From contig DYRD01000003.1 of NCBI GenBank assembly GCA_020718905.1, positions 1 through 63,571 on the forward strand: a stretch of 63,571 nucleotides of DNA, in the 5' to 3' direction. The translations under genes and the position numbers were made by a program. Below the pieces are notes generated by a model. It was not told where the DNA came from. It saw nothing but the letters and a program-made list of their open reading frames with translations, and did not search any database. This DNA comes from Syntrophus aciditrophicus. GTDB lineage: Bacteria > Desulfobacterota > Syntrophia > Syntrophales > UBA8958. Each line of letters starts with the position of its first letter. Position 1 is the stretch's first letter. Shown one piece after another: positions 31,094-40,012 of this stretch.

Positions 31094-31360
31094 TTACAGA
31101 ACAATTTTCACGGCCGGATGGGCCCGCAGGGCTTCATAAACGGCAAGGCGGTGCCCTTCACTCTCGACAACCACGGTCAGGCAAAAACTCTGATACTTCC
31201 CCTTTTCGCTGCTCCTCGAGAGGTCCATCCGGCAGGTTCGATCCTGAATAATTTCCCTTACTGCCCGGCGCAGGCTATCCTCGTCATCGCCGATGATTTG
31301 ATAACTCCACGAGCAGGGATAATCCATCGCCGCAGATTTCCGTTCATCAAGCTCCTTCAT
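31094..31360 (-). CDS. DUF493 (YbeD-like) family protein
   Basis: 88 aa with YPCSWSYQIIGDDEDS matching the FPCxfxxKviG signature of the family. Lies 12 nt upstream of thiM. Confidence 0.65.
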   Translation of the reverse strand: MKELDERKSAAMDYPCSWSYQIIGDDEDSLRRAVREIIQDRTCRMDLSRSSEKGKYQSFCLTVVVESEGHRLAVYEALRAHPAVKIVL

Positions 31361-31669
31361 GGTTTTCTCCTCATTACGATCGGGAAGCGAAGCTTTCCCT
31401 ATGGTCTCAAAGGCACAAAGCGAAACATGATCGCCTTCGCCTCCCCATGGTGACCATTATGGCTAATAGAAATAGAAAGTTTTTGCAGATGCGTCAAGGT
31501 TAAAATGATCACCCGCCGTAATGAAGCCGTAGCGTTTCCATACATCATCATTTATGTCACGTTAATACCTTCATACCCTAATAATTACTGGCTGGAGTTC
31601 GGTAAAGGCGAACATGCCCTTGGCGGGGTAATGTGCTTTCGCAGCCGTTTCATGATCGCCCCGATGCAG

Positions 31670-32845
31670 CTACGCCGCCCGCAGGGCCTCGACAATATTC
31701 ATGCGGGATGCGCGGAAGGCCGGCAGCAATCCGCCGCTGAGCCCAATGACGAGGGGAAAGGCCATGGCCTGTAGGACAATGGGCGCGGTGAGGGTGAATT
31801 TGAAGGCCAGCTCGGAAAAGGTCTGAAAGTTCACCGTAGAGACGGTGATGAGCTGCATAAAGGAGGCGAAGAAGAGTCCCACGGCGCCGCCGATGAATCC
31901 GAGGAGGAGCGACTCCGCGAGAAACGCCGCCAGGATATTCCGGCGGCGGAAACCGAGGGCCCTCATCGTTCCGATCTCCCCGATCCGGTTGGCGACGGCG
32001 GAATACATGGTGATCATGGCCCCGATGACGGCGCCGATGGAAAAGATAACGGTCAGAGACAGGCCGAGGATTCTCAAGAACTTGGCCATCATCTCCGACT
32101 GGTCGAGATAATATCTCGTCTCCTGCTTCGTCTCGAGGGTCAGCCGCGGGTCTGTCTCGATCGCCTTTTTGGCCGCGGGGAAATCCCCGGGGCTCGGCAA
32201 TTTGAAAATAACCGCCGAATAAACGGGACGCCGGAAGGCCCGCATTACCTGATCCACATCCCCCCATATCTCCGAACTAAATCCCGTATTGCCGGCATCG
32301 AAAACGCCCATAACCGTCCAGGTCCTCATCCCCCAATTCAGGGTTCCCTGCAGGCCCACCCCTTTGAATCCTTTGGCGATGCTGTTTCCCACGATAATCT
32401 CCGAAGAGCCCATTCTGAACATGCGGCCCGAGATTAGTTTTACCTGGGGCCGCAAGGATAGGGACTTCTCCTCCACACCACGGACGACGACGTTGGAATG
32501 GCTCGCCGCCTGCTCATCACCCCGTTTTTGCAGGGCAATGAGGACCACCGCCTCCTTGACCAGTAGGCGCCGGCCATGCTCGTCAATGGCCACCTGGGGA
32601 AGCATTTCCACAATGGCAGCCTGATTGCGTTCGATGCTGCTCATGACCTCCGGTGGACCCTTTGCGGAACACTACGGCATTGTCATAAGAACCGGTCTCG
32701 ACGAGGGGGTCTTCTCCAGACCATCGGCCATCATCAAGATGGCGGCAAATACGAAGACGACGAGGGCCATGCCGGAAACCGTAAGGATCGTCGTCAACCT
32801 GCGCTTCCAGAGATTGCGCAAACTGTAGGAAAGGGGAACCGCCAT
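31670..32845 (-). pseudogene. FtsX/MacB-type ABC exporter permease (second copy), with two compensating frameshifts
   Basis: The N-terminal MAVPLSYSLRNLWKRRLTTILTVSG.. and the body from MSSIERNQAAIV.. share one frame but are separated by TAG at 32672-74. The conserved segment LVETGSYDNAVVFRKGS is in another frame. Shifts are at G5 32705-09 and near 32649-54. Confidence 0.8.
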
Positions 32846-34002
32846 TAGCCGATCCTCCGCAGCCCATCGGCGATACCGATGCGGATCGCCTGACCGGTCG
32901 GAATAAGCGCCGCCAGACAGCCGATAAGGATGGCGGCCAGAACATCTAGACAGAGCGTTTCCGCAGAGATAATGAAGATGGGGAAAAAGGTCTCGAGGAC
33001 ATGACCGAAGGCCGCTGCCGCGGGAAACGTGAGGAGCATGCTGGTTAAACAGCCGGTCAGGGTAATCACGAGAGATTCCCCGAAAATCAGGATCGTGATT
33101 TCCCGGCTGCCAAATCCCAGGGTTTTCATGATCGCATAATCGCCGATCCGCTCCCGGGTGGTCATGGCCATAGTATTGGCGACCACGGCCATAATAATGA
33201 TGATAACGACAAAGGACACCATCTGGATGGCAGTGACGATGGCGCCGCTCATGGCGATAAACCATTGATTGAAGGCTTTTTCCGTCTCCGTCAACGTCTC
33301 GGCCAGGGAGTTTTTGAAGGTTTTGTCCACGGCTAGGACCACTTCCGCCGCCAGGTCGGGGCGGGTAACGGCGACCATATAGAACCCTACCTGATCGGCC
33401 CGCTGGGGGGACGACTTTTTGATCGTTTCATTCAAATAATCCCAATGGAAGTAAAACTGTGTCTCATCCGTCGTCTCGTCCCGGCCTTTATAGATGCCCC
33501 GGAGGACGAAATCCCAATTTCCCGGGTAGATTGTTCCCTTGAGGGTTACCGTGTCGCCGAGCTTCCAGCCATGCTTCGCCACCAGCTTTCTGCCGGCCAC
33601 AAAACCTTTCCGATCGGCAAGAAAGGCCTTTTTCTCCGCAGGGGCAAGGACGAATTCCGGATAGATGGCGAGATAGGTCCGGGGCTCGACGCAGAAGTTG
33701 GGGAAAAAGTTTTTTTCGTCGATGTAAATACCGCCGAACCAGTTGCCGTAGGACACCATCTTCACCCCTTCGTGCTGGCGGATTTTCTCGTTATAAGAAA
33801 GAGGAAGCGTAAAGAGGATGGAGATGGCGTTTCTTGTAACAAGGCGGGATGTCGAAGCCGCCTCGACCCCGGCATACCAGGAGCTGATCACCATCCGCAG
33901 GAGACCGAAGGCGAGAATGGCTACGGCGATGCCGAGGATCGTCAGACCGCTGCGCAATTTGCTGTGAAAGGCATTCCTAAAGAGGATTTTGAGAATCATC
34001 AT
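32845..34002 (-). CDS. FtsX/MacB-type ABC exporter permease
   Basis: 385 aa with an N-terminal TM, a large periplasmic domain and a C-terminal FtsX 3-TM bundle. Its stop overlaps the start of the next permease (TAATG). Confidence 0.88.
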   Translation of the reverse strand: MMILKILFRNAFHSKLRSGLTILGIAVAILAFGLLRMVISSWYAGVEAASTSRLVTRNAISILFTLPLSYNEKIRQHEGVKMVSYGNWFGGIYIDEKNFFPNFCVEPRTYLAIYPEFVLAPAEKKAFLADRKGFVAGRKLVAKHGWKLGDTVTLKGTIYPGNWDFVLRGIYKGRDETTDETQFYFHWDYLNETIKKSSPQRADQVGFYMVAVTRPDLAAEVVLAVDKTFKNSLAETLTETEKAFNQWFIAMSGAIVTAIQMVSFVVIIIIMAVVANTMAMTTRERIGDYAIMKTLGFGSREITILIFGESLVITLTGCLTSMLLTFPAAAAFGHVLETFFPIFIISAETLCLDVLAAILIGCLAALIPTGQAIRIGIADGLRRIG

Positions 34003-34684
34003 TTGTCAGGTATCCCTTATCCAGATGCCGGAGGATCTTGGCACGCTGTGCGGCCCTTGGGTCATGGGTCACCATGACGATCGTCTTCCCCATTTCCCCG
34101 TTGAGGCGTTCCATCATCGCCAAAATTTCCTCGGCCGATACACGGTCGAGATCACCCGTAGGCTCGTCGGCGACGAGAATGGTGGGATCGGTGACAATGG
34201 CCCGGGCAATGGCCACGCGCTGCTGTTCGCCGCCGGAGAGCTCTTGGGGATAATGATCCATCCGGTGGTCCAGCCCCATCATGCGCAGGGCCATTTCGGC
34301 ATGCTCCCGCCTTTCTCTTCTGGACAGGGATGTCAAATGAAGGGGCAGCTCCAGATTTTCCACTGCTTTCAAGACCGGAATCAGATTGTAGAACTGAAAG
34401 ATGAAACCGACGTGGTTGGCCCGCCAATGGGCGAGTTCCGTTTCCGAAAAGGTGGTGATATCCAAACCGTCCACCCGGATGCCTCCCGCATCGGCCTTGT
34501 CGATGCCGGCAAGGAGATTCAGGAGGGTCGTTTTCCCCGAACCGGACGGCCCCATGAGGGCCAGGAATTCCCCGGCGGCGATGTCGAAGGTAATATCGAA
34601 CAGGACCGGAACGACGAGGCTGCCCCGGCGATAGGACTTGAAAAGATGTCTTATCTCTACGATGTTTTGCTTCTGCTCAGCCAT
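33977..34684 (-). CDS. ABC transporter ATP-binding protein (MacB/LolD/DevA type)
   Basis: Walker A GPSGSGKTT, signature LSGGEQQRVAIARA, Walker B ILVADEPTGDLD. ATG at 34682-34684, with an upstream TTG at 34708 also possible. Confidence 0.92.
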   Translation of the reverse strand: MAEQKQNIVEIRHLFKSYRRGSLVVPVLFDITFDIAAGEFLALMGPSGSGKTTLLNLLAGIDKADAGGIRVDGLDITTFSETELAHWRANHVGFIFQFYNLIPVLKAVENLELPLHLTSLSRRERREHAEMALRMMGLDHRMDHYPQELSGGEQQRVAIARAIVTDPTILVADEPTGDLDRVSAEEILAMMERLNGEMGKTIVMVTHDPRAAQRAKILRHLDKGYLTNDDSQNPL

Positions 34685-34734
34685 AGATCCCTTGAGAAGA
34701 TGCGTCAATTAGAGGGCTAGATGGAAGCTGATCC

Positions 34735-35955
34735 TCATCTTTCGGCGATTTTGATCCTTGATCCATCCTTCAATCTTTGGGACGGCTTTATGACCGCCCG
34801 GTCTCCCGGCTTGAGGCCGGAGACGATCTCCGTCATATCTCCCAGTTTTAAACCGATCTGGACGGAGATTTCCCGGACCCGGTTCCCCTGGAGGAGAAAG
34901 ACAAAGGTCTTATTACCCCTGCTCATCAAGGCGGATTGGTTGACGGCAAGACGAGGTTTCAACTCTTCCGGCGCCAACCGCCGGGAGAGAAAAGAGACCT
35001 TGGCGCTCATGTCCGGCAGCATCCGGGGGTCTTTGTCGAGAAAGCGAACCTTGACCAGAACCGTGGCCTTACTGCGGTCAACAGTTGGCACAATCGTATA
35101 GATCTCTCCCTGAAACCGCATGTCCGGGAGGGCATCGAGCTGGATATCACAGGGCTGACCGACCCGGAGGGAAGCAATGCTCGTTTCCGAAACATCGGCC
35201 TCAACTTGCAGAGATTTCATATCGGCAATGGTGACGACGGCGGCCTTCGCATTAGCCGCGGAACCCATGGGGGTAACGATGTCGCCGACGTCGGCATTTT
35301 TGGTCAAAACGACGGCATCGAAGGGGGCTCGGACCAGGGTATAGTCGAGAGACGCCTCCGTATTCCGCAAGGCGGCGCTTCCCGCCCGCACGCCGGCTTC
35401 CGCCCCCTTTACCCCTTCCAGAGCCCGCCGGTAGCGGGTAGCGGCTACATCATAATCGGACTTGGCGACGAAATTACTTTCAAAAAGTTTCTTGTAGCGG
35501 GTATACTCAAGCAGCGCCATATCCCTTTCCGCTTTGGCCTGCTCGAGGGTGGCCCGCACCGTATTCAGATTGGCTGCCGCCTGGTCTCTTGCTGCGGTCA
35601 CATCCACATTCTCCATCCGGGCAATCACCTGCCCCTCCCTGACCGTACTTCCTTCCTCCACCATCAGAGCCATCAGGCGCCCCGTCACCTTGGAGGCCAC
35701 GGCGGCCTTCCGTTGGGCAACGATGTAACCACTGGCATTCAATGTGGATATGGACTGAGCGGGGTAAACTTGGGAAATAGTCGTCACATCCACGGATATG
35801 GCCGGGGCGATGACGCCGCGGAAGTAAAGACCGGCGGTTCCTAAAAGCAGCAGCATAACAGCCGCGATAATGAAAGGCTTCTTTTGGTACCGGCGGGGCT
35901 TAACAATCTTTTCCGACTTCTCGATCTTCAGTTTTGCGATGTCTTCCCCAGGCAT
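34735..35955 (-). CDS. HlyD/MacA-family efflux periplasmic adaptor
   Basis: 406 aa with an N-terminal TM anchor, a coiled-coil hairpin and a beta-barrel domain. First gene of the adaptor-ATPase-permease-permease operon. Confidence 0.9.
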   Translation of the reverse strand: MPGEDIAKLKIEKSEKIVKPRRYQKKPFIIAAVMLLLLGTAGLYFRGVIAPAISVDVTTISQVYPAQSISTLNASGYIVAQRKAAVASKVTGRLMALMVEEGSTVREGQVIARMENVDVTAARDQAAANLNTVRATLEQAKAERDMALLEYTRYKKLFESNFVAKSDYDVAATRYRRALEGVKGAEAGVRAGSAALRNTEASLDYTLVRAPFDAVVLTKNADVGDIVTPMGSAANAKAAVVTIADMKSLQVEADVSETSIASLRVGQPCDIQLDALPDMRFQGEIYTIVPTVDRSKATVLVKVRFLDKDPRMLPDMSAKVSFLSRRLAPEELKPRLAVNQSALMSRGNKTFVFLLQGNRVREISVQIGLKLGDMTEIVSGLKPGDRAVIKPSQRLKDGSRIKIAER

Positions 35956-36236
35956 GACAAGTTCTCCGACAAATATATATGCTTTCCCGAAGTCAATATT
36001 ACTTCTTTGATAAGGGTTTACTCATAACACAGGCTGAGGTCCTTTTCCAGAACAAAGGCACCCGGGTTGAGGGCCGGTTAAATAGGCATAATCAATGGCA
36101 TCTTAGGATACTGAAGGTTTGAGGCTTAAAGATGGACGCTTAAGAGATGATAAACCAGGCAAGAGGTCCGGCAAAATCACGTTTCTCCTTACAAGAATCG
36201 CTGCCGCCACTCCTGCCTCGCCAAGGAGGTACTTGA

Positions 36237-37151
36237 TTATCCTTTCCGCGTTCGCCGGGACGGAGATGTTCCTTCCATCCACTGCTTGATGCGGTTGGCA
36301 TCGCCGAGACGGGTCAGGTTGCCCTGGGCATCGAGGAGGACAATCAACACGGGGCGCTGGGCCACATGAGCCTGCATCACCAGACATCGCCCTGCCTCAT
36401 CGATAAAGCCCGTTTTGGAGAGGCCGATCTGCCAGCGAGGGCTCCGGACCAGGCGATTGGTGTTATGGAACACCAATGTGCGGCGGCCTGAACGTATCGT
36501 CGCTTCTTCGCTGGTAGTGAATTCACGGATCAGGGGATAGTTGTACGCGGCGTTCACCATGTCAGCCAAGTTTCGGGCGGAGGAGACGTTGCCGCTGGAG
36601 AGCCCGGTGGGATCCTTAAAGCGCGTGTCGTATAGTCCCAGTGACTGGGCCTTGGCGTTCATGGCCATGACGAAGGCTTCGACACCGCCCGGATAAGTAC
36701 GCCCCAGAACATGAGCGGCGCGGTTCTCGGAAGCCATTAAAGCCAGCTGCAGGGCCTCTTCGCGGGTGAGACTGGCGCCCACCGGCAGGCGAGAGCGGCT
36801 TTTATGAAGCGTGTCCACATCTTCGGGTTTGATGACCAGGGATTCCTTGAGATTCATTTGGGCATCCAGGACCACCATAGCGGTCATGAGTTTGGTAATG
36901 GAGGCGATGGGCACGACCGCCGCCGCATGCTTCTGAACCAGGCATTCACCTGTTTGCTGATCTTCCACCAATACCGAGGCGGAGCACAGAACGAGCTTTT
37001 GGGGCGCCCGGATGACGCCGACGGAGGCATAATGCTTATGGACCGGCGGGGATTTCGATGTTTTTGCAAACCCCGGCGTCCCCGGGACGGCCAACATCCC
37101 CAGACACAAGAGGCTCAACACGATCGTCCTGCCATTTTTGTGCGTCATCAT
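36237..37151 (-). CDS. D-alanyl-D-alanine endopeptidase/carboxypeptidase (peptidase S11, PbpG-like)
   Basis: Signal peptide. SxxK SITKLMT, SxN SEN and KTG SKTGF in the canonical order. Confidence 0.88.
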   Translation of the reverse strand: MMTHKNGRTIVLSLLCLGMLAVPGTPGFAKTSKSPPVHKHYASVGVIRAPQKLVLCSASVLVEDQQTGECLVQKHAAAVVPIASITKLMTAMVVLDAQMNLKESLVIKPEDVDTLHKSRSRLPVGASLTREEALQLALMASENRAAHVLGRTYPGGVEAFVMAMNAKAQSLGLYDTRFKDPTGLSSGNVSSARNLADMVNAAYNYPLIREFTTSEEATIRSGRRTLVFHNTNRLVRSPRWQIGLSKTGFIDEAGRCLVMQAHVAQRPVLIVLLDAQGNLTRLGDANRIKQWMEGTSPSRRTRKG

Positions 37152-37352
37152 CTCTCCTTAATCTTGAATATTCCCGAAGTTTCTATGTTATTTCAACCAT
37201 TAACGCCACGATACGCAACCTCTCCCGTCCCTAATCGCAGCTCCTCAACATAAAAACATCATATGCCAAGCTAATTTTTGATCGCAATTATGCATAGTTT
37301 CCGACAATAGTCAATAACCATCTTTAAGGATGCAATTCTGCTTGACGGCAGG

Positions 37353-37583
37353 ATGGCTTTGCAGCATTGGGGATTATCGGAACTGATGGCTGCAACGGTC
37401 AGCCTTCACCACATACCCGGCCACCTTGACCGCCACGTGCTGAGGCTGGATCGCGAAGCCTTGCAATACCTGCTCGTTCTGTTTATCGCCGACCAAGCCG
37501 CCTGCCTGATCGCTGGTGAGAGCAAAGCGCTGAAACAAGAGACGCTCCCTCCCCCCGTTTGCATCCATCCTACCATGGCCTGA
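37353..37583 (+). pseudogene. C-terminal fragment of an HDOD domain
   Basis: ..ALQHWGLSELMAATVSLHHIPG.. matches the end of HDOD domains. The frame opens only about 40 nt upstream, so the bulk of the domain is missing. Confidence 0.3.
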
Positions 37584-37668
37584 TCGACCGGCAACTGCTC
37601 CTCGCCAGCTCCTCATAGGGCAGTTGCGGGAAACGGAGGCGATTGCCGGGGCCGCCAGGTAAAACTCG

Positions 37669-38097
37669 TTAATAGAGGGGCAGCACCGATCCAGCGAAGA
37701 AAAGGGCAAAGGCGCCAAGTCCGGCAAGGAACGCCCCCAAAGCCAGATATTGATTCATCTTCGGGATATTCGCGGCAAAAAGGATCAGTACGCACAAGCC
37801 GAAGGCCAGGCAAAAGGGACAGAAAGTATCATGGACAATCTGAAAACGGACAAGCAGTATTTCCCCGCCCAGGGCGCCGGCAAGCATCATGGTCCGCAAA
37901 TGGCTGACCGGGACAGCGTACCGGGCAACAGGCGGCAGGTTCAGTGCCAGGAGTGCCGCCATAAATAGGATCCCGACGTATTTTAGATCGACGCCCAAGA
38001 AAGTACCCCGCAGGGCGGAGCAAGAAGTATCACAGACTTCATAGAAGACCATCAACATGGCTCCGATGACGGGAATAATCAGATTGAGTATTTTCAT
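37669..38097 (-). CDS. VKOR/DsbB-like membrane thiol oxidoreductase (tentative)
   Basis: About 142 aa with 4 predicted TMs, a loop cysteine pair CDTSC after TM1 and CPFC at the start of a later TM. Lies immediately downstream of a DsbA-like gene. Confidence 0.55.
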   Translation of the reverse strand: MKILNLIIPVIGAMLMVFYEVCDTSCSALRGTFLGVDLKYVGILFMAALLALNLPPVARYAVPVSHLRTMMLAGALGGEILLVRFQIVHDTFCPFCLAFGLCVLILFAANIPKMNQYLALGAFLAGLGAFALFFAGSVLPLY

Positions 38098-38164
38098 GAG
38101 CGTATCCTGTCTCACCGGCCGCATCCTCTTCAATAAGGCGTTGGTAAAAAATCGCCGTCCTTCG

Positions 38165-38785
38165 TTACTGTAAGTTTTTTAGGGCCTTAAGGATGTCTTG
38201 GCGGCCGACGAAAGCCTCTTTCTTGCCTCCTTTGATAATGACGCAGGTCGGCGTTGACTGGATGCTATCCTCCTTAATCAGGTCGTTGTAGCGGCTAAAG
38301 GAGGGTTTAGGATCAAAAATTTCATAGGGAATCCTTTTGCTTTTAAAGATCTCTTCAAGCTGCTCCCTAGTAGTAACATGGGTGCTGGACGCCGCCTCAA
38401 AGAGGATATTGCGAACCTTGAGGGCATGTTCCAAATCGTTTTTTCCTTTCAGGGCGTAGATGAAGTATTGGGCATAGAGGGGGCTGTGACGGTGGAAGGG
38501 GACATCGACCATGGTCAGGGTAATTATCTTGTCCTTCAATAAATCTCGTAATACCGGTTCGACCGCCGGTTCCATAGCCAGGCAGGGAGGACAGAAATAG
38601 TCCGTGTAGAACCTGACCTGGATTGCCCCCGCACCATAGACCGGAAACGGGGCGGCCGGCCCCTTGGCAAACAAGGAGTTAACAGCGATAAATCCCAGAA
38701 CGGCCATGACGATAAAGATCCCCCCGACCATCTGTCTGTTTTTTATATCCCTCGCCACGCATTTTATTATCGCCTCTCCTTTCAC
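38165..38785 (-). CDS. DsbA-family thiol:disulfide oxidoreductase (membrane-anchored)
   Basis: N-terminal TM anchor and thioredoxin-fold active site FCPPC. Confidence 0.8.
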   Translation of the reverse strand: MKGEAIIKCVARDIKNRQMVGGIFIVMAVLGFIAVNSLFAKGPAAPFPVYGAGAIQVRFYTDYFCPPCLAMEPAVEPVLRDLLKDKIITLTMVDVPFHRHSPLYAQYFIYALKGKNDLEHALKVRNILFEAASSTHVTTREQLEEIFKSKRIPYEIFDPKPSFSRYNDLIKEDSIQSTPTCVIIKGGKKEAFVGRQDILKALKNLQ

Positions 38786-38851
38786 TTCTTTTCAGCAATT
38801 AAGCATTCCATCCCTCGCTCTTTCCCGCCTCCGAAAAATCTCCCTATTTTT

Positions 38852-39199
38852 TCATTGTTTCATGCATATCTGCTCGCGGGAGACACTGGGGATCTTTTCC
38901 ATTATGGCCCGTATCTCCGGATCATCGCCAAGCCAGTGGCGAAGGCTTCCTAAAACCGTGGCGGCGTAAGGGCTTTTCCTCCCGTCGGCCAACTGATAAT
39001 TGACCCAGAGGCCGTCCTTCGTGAATGTTACCAGGCCCGCTTCTTCGAGCACCTTCAAGTGCTTGGATACGGTGGGCTGGGCGATGCTGAGCAGCGCCTG
39101 GATCTCACAGACACACATCACCCTGTTTTGTAAAATCTTCAACAGTTTCACTCTATTCGGATCGGACACAGCCTTCATTACCTTGATATATTCTTTCAT
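38852..39199 (-). CDS. ArsR/SmtB family metalloregulator
   Basis: wHTH with the CVC metal/metalloid site (VMCVCEIQALLSIAQPTVSKHLKVL). ATG at 39197-39199 fits the family length (115 aa). Confidence 0.88.
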   Translation of the reverse strand: MKEYIKVMKAVSDPNRVKLLKILQNRVMCVCEIQALLSIAQPTVSKHLKVLEEAGLVTFTKDGLWVNYQLADGRKSPYAATVLGSLRHWLGDDPEIRAIMEKIPSVSREQICMKQ

Positions 39200-39348
39200 G
39201 GTTACCGCCCAATAATATTCATCTTTGCAAATATATAAGGACACCCGCCGACTGTCAAGGGTTTTAAGCCTCAACAGTATGGATGATGCCATGTTAGCCC
39301 CTGTCAATGACTTCTTTTTTGTGAGGCAATGCGATATTTTCCTCCGCC

Positions 39349-39377
39349 TTGACAAAGGCCATCTTGATAGTTATAAT
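39349..39377 (+). promoter_or_regulatory. sigma70 promoter with perfect consensus (perR promoter)
   Basis: TTGACA (39349-54), a 17-nt spacer, then TATAAT (39372-77), 30 nt upstream of the perR ATG. Confidence 0.65.
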
Positions 39378-39385
39378 TATTAACA
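39371..39385. promoter_or_regulatory. PerR/Fur-type box overlapping the -10 element
   Basis: TTATAATTATTAACA matches the Bacillus PerR box TTATAAT-N-ATTATAA at 12 of 14 defined positions. Confidence 0.5.
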
Positions 39386-39406
39386 AGTAATAATTACAAA
39401 AAACGG

Positions 39407-39853
39407 ATGGACAAGGAGCCGATGAAATCCCGGGAAGAACAAATAAACACCTTTGTCGATGCTTGCCGAAAGGTCGGTTTGAGAGTGACGCAACAGCGTC
39501 TGGAAATACAAGGCGAACTGATGAAGGCAACCGACCATCCGACTGCGGAAACCCTGTACCAGCGACTGCGCCCCAAACTTCCTACCATCTCTCTCGATAC
39601 GGTGTATAGAAATCTTGCCGTCCTGGCAAATCATGGGCTTATCAACAAGGTGGAGACATTGGCAAGTTTAGCCCGGTTTGAGGCTTATCAAATTCCCCAT
39701 CATCATCTCATTTGCCGCACCTGCGGGGAGATCATGGATTTCCGCTGGTCCTTCATTGATGAAGCGGCCCTACCCGACGAAATCAGGAATTGGGGGAAAA
39801 TTGATCACAGGAATGTTGTCGCCTATGGCATCTGCAATAAATGCCTGAAATAG
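39407..39853 (+). CDS. Fur family transcriptional regulator (PerR-like by context)
   Basis: DNA-binding wHTH with structural/regulatory sites HHHLIC..C and CNKC. Directly upstream of catalase and rubrerythrin. Confidence 0.88.
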   Translation: MDKEPMKSREEQINTFVDACRKVGLRVTQQRLEIQGELMKATDHPTAETLYQRLRPKLPTISLDTVYRNLAVLANHGLINKVETLASLARFEAYQIPHHHLICRTCGEIMDFRWSFIDEAALPDEIRNWGKIDHRNVVAYGICNKCLK

Positions 39854-40012
39854 AAAGTTTCTTTAAAATCGGAAAGCTACGTCCTTGGGGTCTGAACAGG
39901 TAATTTACACAGCCGGGACAGAAGCATTTTTTTAGCCGGTAATGGCAATGGAACGGCGATTGCCTTATCCCGGTCGCCAATAATGCCACCACTAATGAAA
40001 GAAGGAAAGCCG

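Noticed and set aside
31215-31245. tRNA-like T-loop sequence GGTTCGATCC.
   Set aside because: It lies inside the well-supported DUF493 coding sequence. No acceptor or anticodon stems can be drawn around it.
31361-31500. Possible TPP (THI-box) riboswitch upstream of the DUF493-thiM-thiE operon.
   Set aside because: The region contains GGGGAGGC and TTGAGA. It lacks the invariant CTGAGA and ACCTGA/GGGA elements and their pairing partners, so I see no THI-box-like fold by eye.
39949-39963. Sigma54-like TGGAAC-N5-TTGC upstream of the catalase gene, and a GGAATGCTTAATTGC element on the minus strand upstream of the DsbA-like gene (about 38800-38830).
   Set aside because: The first matches only TGG plus TTGC, and roughly 8 such minimal matches are expected by chance in this window. 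The second has 13-nt instead of 12-nt GG/GC spacing, which sigma54 does not tolerate.
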